IMG/VR virus record: IMGVR_UViG_3300016474_000413
Location: 1 to 37,594 of that record
Direction: 5' to 3' (one strand)
Origin: a virus
Lineage: Duplodnaviria; Caudoviricetes
DNA length: 37,594 bases
In this document: positions 7,459 to 15,433 of the stretch, in pieces
How the letters are laid out: every line of letters starts with the position of its first letter
Numbering within the stretch: position 1 is the first letter of the stretch
Program-made: the position numbers and the translations under genes
Notes under the pieces: generated by a model
Told to the model about the DNA's origin: nothing
The model's database searches: none
The model's input: only the letters and a program-made list of their open reading frames with translations

Positions 7459-7736
7459 ACGCCTACACCGTCGCTCAGCACCTCACCGCTGCGGACATCC
7501 GCAACGCCGAGGCCATCGTCGACACCGACGGCACGACGTGGTGCCAGGTGTCGCCCGGCTTCGGGTTCCGCCGCCTCGGCGGTCACTGGCACTTCGGCAC
7601 CATCGGCCGGCCCGAGTCGCTCATGGCCGTGACGGTGCCCGCCACCCGCACCACGCTCGACCGGTGGGCTCAGCGCCACACCGACCTCACCCCGCCGCAC
7701 GGGCTCGCCCGCCGGCTGATGGTGGTGGCCCGATGA
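7455..7736 (+). CDS. Hypothetical protein (93 aa)
   Basis: GTGA/ATGA-coupled at both ends. Confidence 0.65.
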   Translation: MNAYTVAQHLTAADIRNAEAIVDTDGTTWCQVSPGFGFRRLGGHWHFGTIGRPESLMAVTVPATRTTLDRWAQRHTDLTPPHGLARRLMVVAR

Positions 7737-7954
7737 ACGTCTGGGACGACATCGACATCGCGGTCGCCCGAGACGACGAGCGCGCCGACATCATCGCCGC
7801 CCGCGAAGCCCTGCGCTGCGCGATGTGCGGCTACTGGGACGCCCAGACGTCGTGGGGTCTGTGCGACCCGTGCGACAAGGCCGCCGAGCAGTACCAGCTC
7901 GAGGCCGAGGCGGCGTTCGCCGAGCAGTGCGACACGATGCAGGCGGTGGCGTGA
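7733..7954 (+). CDS. Small zinc-binding protein (73 aa)
   Basis: CAMC...CDPC motifs; coupled overlaps. Confidence 0.65.
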   Translation: MNVWDDIDIAVARDDERADIIAAREALRCAMCGYWDAQTSWGLCDPCDKAAEQYQLEAEAAFAEQCDTMQAVA

Positions 7955-9510
7955 TGGCCAAGGCAGCAGTCGAGGCCGGACCCACCGGCATCCAGCGCGG
8001 CCGCGGTGGCTTCATGCGCAACGCCGCCGACGTCCCCTACGTCACTGACCCGAGCGGTGCCCTCGTCAAGAGCGGGCCGCGCAAGGGCGAGCCGAAGCGT
8101 CTCGCCTACGGCTCGCCGTCGAACCGGGGCAAGCAGATCGAGAACACGACGAACCTCGTGAAGTGGGGCGAGCGGCGCGTGGTGCTCGGCATCGGCGCCG
8201 ACCCCGAGCTCGTGGCCATGTGCGCGCAGCTCACCGGCCTCGACGTCGACAGCGACGAGTACAAGACGCTCGCCGACTCGATCATCATGCGGGCCAAGGA
8301 GGCGGCCGAGGCGAACCTTGCCGCCGACCGGGGCACTCATGGGCACGCTCTCACCGAGGACTCCGACGATGGCCGCGACTGGCTCACCCGTGCAGCCGAT
8401 GGCGAGGATCTCGGGTTCGACAAGGACGTGCAGGCAGCCATCGTGGCCGCCTGGGAGCAGATGCTCGAGCGCACCGGCCTCGAGATCCTCGCCGTCGAAG
8501 CCTCGTGCGTCGACGACACCTGGCGACTGGCCGGCACCCTCGACCGCATCGCCCGCACCACCAAGCCGCTGCGGTTCAGTCTGCCGACCGGTGAGGTGCG
8601 CGAGGTCCCGGCCGACACGGTGCTCGTGCTCGACATCAAGACGGGCCGACGCAAGATCGACGAGCGCAGTGGGGCGACGATGTTCTGGCACGGGTACGCC
8701 ATCCAGATCGCCTCGTACGCCCAGTCGGTGCCGTACGACACCGAGGCCGAGACGCGCGGCGAGTGGCCGTGGTCGATCAGCCAGGAGCATGCGGTGATCG
8801 CCCACCTCGACGTGCTCGCCGCCATCGAGGGCGATGCAACCTGCGAGCTCGTGTACGTCGACCTGGTCGCCGGCCGCGAGCACGGCGGTGAGTGCGTCGT
8901 GATGGCAAAGGAGTGGGAGAAGCGCACCGACGTGTTCTCGGTGGCGCAGCTCGACGAGATCTCGGTGGCTCCCGTCGCCACCGAGGAAGCGGCACCGCCC
9001 CCCACGGTCGCCGTCCCGCTGCCGGAGCCGGCTCCCGTCCCGGCTCCGGCAGCGTCCCGCACCCCCCAGCAGGAGCAGGAGGCGGTGCGCTCGCGCCCGA
9101 AGCCCGACGACGGCGACAACGTCGTCGACCCGACCTTCGACGTACTGCAGCGCCACTACCTGGCGCTCCAGCCCGAGGGTCGCGCGTGGATCACTTCGCT
9201 CACCGAGCAGGCGATGCACGCCGGCGTCTCGTTCCACTCCAAGGGCCACCGCACGCAGCGCCGATACGAGATCATCCGTGCGCTCGTGCACCTGGCTGCC
9301 GAGGGCGTCGACGAAACGCTCGACGCCACGGTGCGCACGTTCCTCGAGGCCGTCATCGGCGACTGCGCACAGTTCCCCAGCGTGCCCACCGGGCAGCTGA
9401 TCGGGTCGCTCGACGTGCACGAGGCCAAGCGCTTCGCCGGGCTCGTCGACGGCACCTTCTCCCTGGCGTTCACCGACGCCGGGAAACCCACGCTGCGCAC
9501 TGCGGCGTGA
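7954..9510 (+). CDS. PD-(D/E)XK exonuclease, RecB/Cas4-like recombination nuclease (518 aa)
   Basis: RGTHGH, LAVE, AGTLDRI, VLDIKTG and IQIASYA motifs; Pro-rich linker to an extra C-terminal domain. Confidence 0.85.
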   Translation: MAKAAVEAGPTGIQRGRGGFMRNAADVPYVTDPSGALVKSGPRKGEPKRLAYGSPSNRGKQIENTTNLVKWGERRVVLGIGADPELVAMCAQLTGLDVDSDEYKTLADSIIMRAKEAAEANLAADRGTHGHALTEDSDDGRDWLTRAADGEDLGFDKDVQAAIVAAWEQMLERTGLEILAVEASCVDDTWRLAGTLDRIARTTKPLRFSLPTGEVREVPADTVLVLDIKTGRRKIDERSGATMFWHGYAIQIASYAQSVPYDTEAETRGEWPWSISQEHAVIAHLDVLAAIEGDATCELVYVDLVAGREHGGECVVMAKEWEKRTDVFSVAQLDEISVAPVATEEAAPPPTVAVPLPEPAPVPAPAASRTPQQEQEAVRSRPKPDDGDNVVDPTFDVLQRHYLALQPEGRAWITSLTEQAMHAGVSFHSKGHRTQRRYEIIRALVHLAAEGVDETLDATVRTFLEAVIGDCAQFPSVPTGQLIGSLDVHEAKRFAGLVDGTFSLAFTDAGKPTLRTAA

Positions 9511-9553
9511 CCACCGAAGGCCCGAGGGCCACGATCAAGAAAGTGAGGCCGAC

Positions 9554-10246
9554 ATGGCCAGAGCAGCAGACACCGCCGGCGAAGGTTCGCCGTTCGTGAA
9601 GTTCGTCGACCTGGGCGACACCCTCGTGGGTGCGTTCGGTTCGGCGCCCCGTGAGTGCAAGCGCCAGATGCGCAACTACGACACCGGCAACCCGGCCTTG
9701 AAGGACGACGGCAGCCCCCGCTGGGAGGAGGTCATGTACTTCGTGGCCATGCCCGGCACCACCGCCAAGGTCGGCAACGCCGACTCCGGCTTCGAGGTGA
9801 TCGAGGAGGGCACCGAGGTGCGCTACTCGGTCTCGGGCTTCAAGTGGGGCCAGGTGATCGAGGCCCGCCGCGGCCTGCCGCCGTACTCGGGCTTCAAGGC
9901 CGGGCAGGCGTGCAGCGGCGACGTCTACACGATCACCCTCATCGGGTGGTCGGCCGAGACGAAGAACCCGGCCGGCGCCGAGAAGGCGGGCTTCACCGTC
10001 GAGGACGGTCGGATCATCCTGCGCACCGAGGAGGACCGCGAGAAGTACATCCTCCACCAGGCCCGCACCTCGGGCGGCAACACGAACCCGGCCAAGGACT
10101 TCTCGGTGACGATCCGCCGCCCGAACGGCGACGAGAAGCGCTGGGAGCAGGCGGCCGACGACCTGTTCGACCGCAAGCCCTGGAACCGAGTGCCGGCCAC
10201 GGTCGGCGGCGGCCACGACGAGCTCGGCGACGACGAGCCGTTCTGA
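9554..10246 (+). CDS. Probable phage ssDNA-binding protein (230 aa)
   Basis: Follows the exonuclease; PFVKF..GD..VG and G.P.W..V pattern of actinophage SSB-like proteins; acidic tail GDDEPF. Confidence 0.6.
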   Translation: MARAADTAGEGSPFVKFVDLGDTLVGAFGSAPRECKRQMRNYDTGNPALKDDGSPRWEEVMYFVAMPGTTAKVGNADSGFEVIEEGTEVRYSVSGFKWGQVIEARRGLPPYSGFKAGQACSGDVYTITLIGWSAETKNPAGAEKAGFTVEDGRIILRTEEDREKYILHQARTSGGNTNPAKDFSVTIRRPNGDEKRWEQAADDLFDRKPWNRVPATVGGGHDELGDDEPF

Positions 10247-10286
10247 TCCCTCCCTTCAGGGATGACGGCTCGGAAAGACGAGCGGC

Positions 10287-10355
10287 CCCCACGGCGTCGG
10301 GTGACGCAGGGCGCACGGCAAGCGTGCTCAACCGGTTCGACTCCGGTCGTGGGGA
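10287..10355 (+). ncRNA. Non-canonical tRNA-like cloverleaf RNA
   Basis: 7-bp CCCCACG/CGTGGGG acceptor, GCGTC-GGGT-GACGC arm, GCACG-GCAAG-CGTGC arm and canonical ACCGG-TTCGACT-CCGGT T arm; no U8, no U33, no CCA. Confidence 0.6.
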
Positions 10356-10380
10356 CTCGATCAACCGAAAGGGGATGAAG

Positions 10381-10905
10381 ATGGCCGACCTGGCGACCAT
10401 CGTCGAACAGTTGAACGTCGCTCGGGTGGAGAACGAGCGACAGCGCCACGAGCTGCTGCTCGAAGCGCAGAGCATCGAGGCTGCGCTCGCCGCCCTCGGC
10501 ACCCATCCGACACCCGCACCGGCCGAGGCTCCCGTCGAGACGCGACCCGCCGTGCCCGAAACCCGCCCCAAGCAGGGCGAGACTCGACCGAAGAAGCCGG
10601 CGGCGACGACGAAGAAGCAGACGTACGTGCCGTGCCCGAAGTGCGGATTCCAGTGCACGCCGCAGAACATGTGGCGCCACGACCGCAGTGCGCACGGCGA
10701 GGTCGCAGCCAAGCCCGCCCCGGTGGTCGCCGCGGTCCCGACCGCGAAGGCGGTCCCCTCGAAGTCGGGCAAGGTGCTGGCCTGCACCGAGTGCGACTTC
10801 ACGACCGAGGTGCACAACGCGAAGGCGATGTCGCAGCACACGATCACCTCGCACCGCCGCGGCCCGCTGCTCGCCGAGCGCACCCCCACGGAGGTGGCCG
10901 CGTGA
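10381..10905 (+). CDS. Coiled-coil protein with two C2H2-type zinc fingers (174 aa)
   Basis: CPKC-x11-HDRSAH and CTEC-x14-HTITSH; GAAAGGGG SD. Confidence 0.75.
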   Translation: MADLATIVEQLNVARVENERQRHELLLEAQSIEAALAALGTHPTPAPAEAPVETRPAVPETRPKQGETRPKKPAATTKKQTYVPCPKCGFQCTPQNMWRHDRSAHGEVAAKPAPVVAAVPTAKAVPSKSGKVLACTECDFTTEVHNAKAMSQHTITSHRRGPLLAERTPTEVAA

Positions 10906-11207
10906 GCATCGAGCAGATCGACCTGCACTTCCAGCGCGAGCCCTGGATCGCCGAGGCGGCGTGCGCCGGCCTGTCGGGTCCGGTGGCGAGCGACCTGTTC
11001 TTCCCGAGCCGCGGCGAGCCCACTGCGGGCGCACGAGTCGTGTGCGGCGGCTGCCCGGTGCGAGAGGAGTGCCTCGACTACGCACTGCGCAACGGCATCC
11101 AGTACGGCATCTGGGGCGGCACGAGCGAACGAGAGCGTCGCTCGATGCGCCGAGAGCGGCGTGTCGCCATCGGCGCCAGGCCGACCGGCCCGCTGCCTGC
11201 TGCGTGA
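10902..11207 (+). CDS. whiB: WhiB-family Fe-S transcription factor 1 (101 aa)
   Basis: W..EAAC...FFP...CGGCPVREECLDYA...GIWGGTSERER. Confidence 0.95.
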   Translation: MSIEQIDLHFQREPWIAEAACAGLSGPVASDLFFPSRGEPTAGARVVCGGCPVREECLDYALRNGIQYGIWGGTSERERRSMRRERRVAIGARPTGPLPAA

Positions 11208-11449
11208 GCCGCATCATCCGCATCGAGCGGCCCGACTGGTTCGTCGATGCCGCGTGCCGAGGGGACGGGCCGAGCGCCTGGTTCCCCGCACGCGGTGCGA
11301 CCACTCAGCCTGCGCGCCTGCGATGCGCCGACTGCCCCGTCGTGCGGGCGTGCCTCGAGTACGCCCTCGACGACGACACCCTGCTCGGCATCTGGGGCGG
11401 CACGAGCGAACAGCAACGAGATCAGATCAGACGACGGAGGAACACGTGA
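11204..11449 (+). CDS. whiB: WhiB-family Fe-S transcription factor 2 (81 aa)
   Basis: W..DAAC...WFP...CADCPVVRACLEYA...GIWGGTSEQQR. Confidence 0.93.
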   Translation: MSRIIRIERPDWFVDAACRGDGPSAWFPARGATTQPARLRCADCPVVRACLEYALDDDTLLGIWGGTSEQQRDQIRRRRNT

Positions 11450-11934
11450 CCATCATCCTCGGGGTGGACCCCGGCAAGAGCGGGGCGATCGCCGGCCTCA
11501 GCCTGAACGGCCGGCTGATCGGCGTCGACGACATGCCCGTCGTCGGCCCGATCATCTCGCCCGTGCTGCTCGACCAGCTGGTGCACAACTACGTCGACCC
11601 GCTCGTCGACCGGCCCGGCACGGCCGTGATCGAGGACGTGCACGCCATGCCGAAACAGGGCGTGTCGAGCGTGTTCTCGTTCGGCCGTGCGCTCGGCGTC
11701 GTCGAGGGGGTCGTGGCCGGCAACGGGTTCGCCGTGCAGTACGTGTCGCCGGCGAAGTGGAAGCGACAGCTCGGGCTCACCAACGACAAGGGCACCAGCC
11801 GCCGCCGAGCGATCGAGCTGTGGCCCGAGCGTGCCGACTGGTTCAAGCGGGTGAAGGACGACGGGCGCGCCGAGGCGGCCCTGATCGCGTACCACTGGCT
11901 CCATTACGGCGAAGGGCGCGGGGTGGCCGCATGA
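11446..11934 (+). CDS. ruvC: RuvC-like Holliday junction resolvase (162 aa)
   Basis: ILGVDPG, VIEDV, VSPAKWK and DDGRAEAALIA motifs. Confidence 0.88.
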   Translation: MTIILGVDPGKSGAIAGLSLNGRLIGVDDMPVVGPIISPVLLDQLVHNYVDPLVDRPGTAVIEDVHAMPKQGVSSVFSFGRALGVVEGVVAGNGFAVQYVSPAKWKRQLGLTNDKGTSRRRAIELWPERADWFKRVKDDGRAEAALIAYHWLHYGEGRGVAA

Positions 11935-12023
11935 GCTGCTTCCGCTGCCACTCCCGTGAGCGGAAGTTCTTGCCGACCCTGCGCTGCTGGGTGTGCGCTC
12001 GCTGCGGGTGGTTCCTCGGGTGA
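11931..12023 (+). CDS. Tiny zinc-ribbon peptide (30 aa)
   Basis: MSCFRC...CARC; 4-nt overlaps with both neighbours. Confidence 0.5.
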   Translation: MSCFRCHSRERKFLPTLRCWVCARCGWFLG

Positions 12024-14458
12024 CCCCGCTCGACCACGCTCTGTTCTACGCCGCCCGCGGGTGGCGGGTGCACCCGATCCCTCCTGGCTTCAAGTATCCA
12101 CACGGACACGCTCGGTGGCAGGAGAACGCCACCACTGACGCCGGGCGCATCGGCCGCTACTACACGCAGAACCCCGACCACGGTGTGTGCATCGCCACCG
12201 GCCGCGAGTCGGGCGTGTTCGCCATCGACATCGACCCCGACCACGGCGGCGACGACTCGCTGCGCGCCCTCGAAGCCCAGTACGGGCCACTGCCGGACAC
12301 GGTGGAGTCGCTGACCGGTGGCGGTGGCCGGCATCTGCTGTTCGCCTGGCCCGACGAGTTCGTGATCGTGAACAACCAGTCGGGCCGACTCGGCCTCGGC
12401 ATCGACGTGCGCGGCGAAGGCGGGCAGATCGTGGTCGCCCCGACACTGCACCCGACGAGCGGCGTCGCGTACGCCTGGGAGATCGAGCACGACCCGTTCG
12501 ACGGCGTCGCCCCGAGCCCTGCGCCCGAGTGGCTGCTGCAGCTGCTCACCACCACCGTCGACGCCGAGCCTCGTCGACCCGAGCGCAAGCGCCTCAAGAG
12601 CGACCCGCTGCCCGGCGACTGGTGGGAGGCGCAGACCGATTGGCCGACCGAGCTCGGCCGACGTGGGTGGTCGCTGCACTCACAGCACACCGACGCCCAG
12701 GGTGGGCACTACGAGCTGTGGACCCGGCCGGGGAAGCGGCCCGACGACGGTGCGAGCGCCTCGCTGTACTGGCAGGGGAGCGACGTGCTCAAGGTGTTCT
12801 CGACGAACGCCGCCCCGCTCGTGGCCGAGAAGACGTACACGCTCTGGGGGTTCCACGTCGCCAACGAGTTCGGCGGCGATTTCGAGGAGGCCGCTCGCGC
12901 CGTGCGCCGGGCGATGCCCAAGGTCGAGGCAGTCGGTGGTGCTGATCTCTACCAGCATCGCTCGGCCGACGCAGGGGTTCCGCCCTCGGCGTCGGCCGCC
13001 TCATCGCTCGACCCCGACCGCGAGCCCGAGCAGCCGTACACGGTGCTCGGCAACGCCCGCCGACTCGTGGCCGAGCACGGGGACGATCTGCACCACGTGC
13101 CCCAGTGGGGCGCGTGGCTGACCTGGGACGGGTGCCGGTGGGTCGAGGACCACACGGGCGAAGTGCACCGGCGAGCGAAGTCGATCGTCGACAGCTTTCC
13201 CGGCCGGCTGGCCGGGCTGCTCGACTCCGACGAGCGCAAGAAGCTGTTCGGGTGGTGGATGCGCTCACAGACGCCGGCCGTGCTCTCTGGCATGGTCAAT
13301 CTGGCGGCCACCGAGCCGGGCATGCCGGTGCTCGTCGACGCCCTCGATGCCGACCCGTGGGTACTGAACACCCGCTCGGGCGCGCTCGACCTGCGCACTG
13401 GCGCCCTGTCGACGAGCTCGCGCCACCAGCTGTGCACGAAGCTCGCCCCGGTCGACGTCGACCCCGGCGCCGGCTGCCCGCAGTGGCAGGCGTTCATCGA
13501 GTGGGCGATGCAGGGCGACACCGAGCTGATCGAGTTCGTGCGCCGTGCCGTCGGCTACACCCTCACCGGCAACGTCGGCGAACAGGTGCTGTTCTTCCTG
13601 CACGGCATGGGGTCCAACGGCAAGAGCACGTTCCTCACCGTGCTACAGCGCATCCTCGGCGACTACGCCTTCTCGGCCGAGGCCGACCTGCTGCTGGCTG
13701 TCGGCCACGAACGGCACTCGACGGGCGTGGCCGACCTTCACGGCCGGCGCATGGTCATCGTGCAGGAGATCGACGAGGGCCGCCGCCTCGACGAGGCGCT
13801 GGTGAAGCGGCTCACCGGTGGCGATGCGATCACCGCCCGGCGGATGCGTCAGGACAACTTCATGTTCGAGCCGTCGCACAAGCTCTGGATGGCCGCGAAC
13901 CACAAGCCGGTCGTGCGCGGCACCGACCACGCGATCTGGCGCCGCATCCGGCTGATTCCGTTCCTGGCCACCGTGGCGGACGCCGACAAGGACCCGAACC
14001 TGGTCACGTCGCTGATGGCCGAGTCGGCCGGGATCATCAACTGGGCGCTCGCAGGTTGTGCCGAGTGGCGCTCCGGTGGCCTCAGGGCGCCCGCTGTGGT
14101 CGCCGACGCCACCGCCGGCTACCGCAACGAGCAGGACCACGTCGGCCGCTTCCTCGAGGCGTGCTGCACGCTGGCGCCGGGGCTACGCATCGCCACCAAG
14201 GACCTGCGCGCCGCCTACGAGAAGTGGTGCTTCGAGGAGGGCGAGAAGCCCTGGTCGGCCCCGGCGATGGCCGCACAGTTGCTCGACCGCGGGTGCACCC
14301 AGGGGCGGTCGAGCGGCGGCAACCGCGAGCGCATGTGGGAGGGCTTGGCGCTCGAGGGCGACGCTGCCGAGGGGTTGTCTCGGCGTTTGCAGTACGGCGA
14401 CTGGCAGGGACGCGCTTCGGGCGAACAGATGGCACTCGCCGCCGAGGAACCGTTCTGA
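12020..14458 (+). CDS. Bifunctional primase-polymerase fused to a P4/D5-type SF3 helicase (812 aa)
   Basis: N-terminal GVCIATG, AIDIDP, TGGGGRH, IDVRGEGGQIVVAP; Walker A GMGSNGKST; VKRLTGGD and AIWRRI motifs. Confidence 0.93.
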   Translation: MTPLDHALFYAARGWRVHPIPPGFKYPHGHARWQENATTDAGRIGRYYTQNPDHGVCIATGRESGVFAIDIDPDHGGDDSLRALEAQYGPLPDTVESLTGGGGRHLLFAWPDEFVIVNNQSGRLGLGIDVRGEGGQIVVAPTLHPTSGVAYAWEIEHDPFDGVAPSPAPEWLLQLLTTTVDAEPRRPERKRLKSDPLPGDWWEAQTDWPTELGRRGWSLHSQHTDAQGGHYELWTRPGKRPDDGASASLYWQGSDVLKVFSTNAAPLVAEKTYTLWGFHVANEFGGDFEEAARAVRRAMPKVEAVGGADLYQHRSADAGVPPSASAASSLDPDREPEQPYTVLGNARRLVAEHGDDLHHVPQWGAWLTWDGCRWVEDHTGEVHRRAKSIVDSFPGRLAGLLDSDERKKLFGWWMRSQTPAVLSGMVNLAATEPGMPVLVDALDADPWVLNTRSGALDLRTGALSTSSRHQLCTKLAPVDVDPGAGCPQWQAFIEWAMQGDTELIEFVRRAVGYTLTGNVGEQVLFFLHGMGSNGKSTFLTVLQRILGDYAFSAEADLLLAVGHERHSTGVADLHGRRMVIVQEIDEGRRLDEALVKRLTGGDAITARRMRQDNFMFEPSHKLWMAANHKPVVRGTDHAIWRRIRLIPFLATVADADKDPNLVTSLMAESAGIINWALAGCAEWRSGGLRAPAVVADATAGYRNEQDHVGRFLEACCTLAPGLRIATKDLRAAYEKWCFEEGEKPWSAPAMAAQLLDRGCTQGRSSGGNRERMWEGLALEGDAAEGLSRRLQYGDWQGRASGEQMALAAEEPF

Positions 14459-14657
14459 TGCTCGGACAACGCGTCCCACGCGTCCCCCCTGTGGATAAAC
14501 CCGTCCCTCCCCGAATGGCCTCTGAGCAGGGGTTCGGCAAAACCGGGACGCGTAGGGACGCGATTCGACATTACCCGCATACGCGCACGCGCCCGATAGG
14601 TGGAACCGGAATACTCGTCCCTCTTGTCCCTACTCGTCCCTTAAGCGTGCTTAACAC
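14459..14657. promoter_or_regulatory. Putative replication origin: (C)GTCCC iterons plus a DnaA box
   Basis: CGTCCC at 14472, 14481, 14502, 14616, 14635 (GTCCC at 14626); inverted GGGACG at 14545 and 14555; TGTGGATAA at 14490-14498; TTAAGC-GT-GCTTAA at 14641-14654. Confidence 0.65.
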
Positions 14658-14867
14658 ATGAGCGCCGAGCGATTCGATCCCGGCCGACTCATCGACGCGA
14701 TGGAGCCGATGAGCCTGCGCGCCGTCGCTCGACGGTTGCAGGTCGACCCGGCCGTACTGTGTCGGCCACTCTCGGCCACCCAGGCCGACCATTACGCCAC
14801 CCGGCTGGGGCTGCATCCCGGCGAGGTCTGGGGCGCGGACTGGCTGCGACCGGGGCGGCGGACGTGA
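14658..14867 (+). CDS. Small HTH-like protein (69 aa)
   Basis: SLRAVARRLQVDPAVL...ADHYATRLGLHPGEVWG, XRE-like. Confidence 0.65.
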   Translation: MSAERFDPGRLIDAMEPMSLRAVARRLQVDPAVLCRPLSATQADHYATRLGLHPGEVWGADWLRPGRRT

Positions 14868-14878
14868 CCGGCGAGCGC

Positions 14879-14899
14879 TCAACACGTTGCAACGATCAT
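14879..14899 (+). promoter_or_regulatory. Late-promoter motif upstream of terS
   Basis: TCAACAC-N8-GATCAT, 9 nt before the ATG. Confidence 0.6.
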
Positions 14900-14908
14900 G
14901 CAAGAGCT

Positions 14909-15433
14909 ATGCAACGAACGACCTACACGGCAGAGCAGAAGGCGGAGGCGCTGGCCATCGTGGCCGCTGAGGGCATCACGGCGGCCTCTCGCACGCTCAA
15001 CATCCCGCCAGGCACCGTGGCCGCCTGGGCGCACCGCAACGGCGTGCAGTCGCCCACGATCGAGGAGATGGTGAAGGTCACCGAGGCCAGTCGCCAGACG
15101 GTCGCCCAGCGCAAGGCCGCACTCGCCGAGACACTGCTCGACCACGCCGTGCGGATCGCCGGCCAGCTCGAGCAGCCGGCCGTCGAGAAGGTCGTCAAGG
15201 TGGTCGGCTTCGGCAGCGGCGTCAGTGGCACCGAGGTCGTCGAGGTGAGCTACGAGCGCCCACCGACCGCCGACCAGAAGCGCATCGCCGAGACCGTGGG
15301 CGTGCTCGTGGCCCAGGTGCAGCTGCTCACCGGTGAAGCCACCAGCCGGGTCGAGTCGTCGCTCACCGTCGAGGGCGCCAAGCAGCAGGCGCTCGGCGTG
15401 GTCGACGAGCTCGCCGCCCGCCGCGCATCATGA
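14909..15433 (+). CDS. terS: Terminase small subunit (174 aa)
   Basis: N-terminal HTH (YTAEQKAEALAI...ITAASRTLNIPPGTVAAW); directly upstream of terL. Confidence 0.75.
   Translation: MQRTTYTAEQKAEALAIVAAEGITAASRTLNIPPGTVAAWAHRNGVQSPTIEEMVKVTEASRQTVAQRKAALAETLLDHAVRIAGQLEQPAVEKVVKVVGFGSGVSGTEVVEVSYERPPTADQKRIAETVGVLVAQVQLLTGEATSRVESSLTVEGAKQQALGVVDELAARRAS

Noticed and set aside
7954-9510. CRISPR-associated Cas4
   Set aside because: No array or other cas genes; position beside an SSB-like gene fits a recombination exonuclease.
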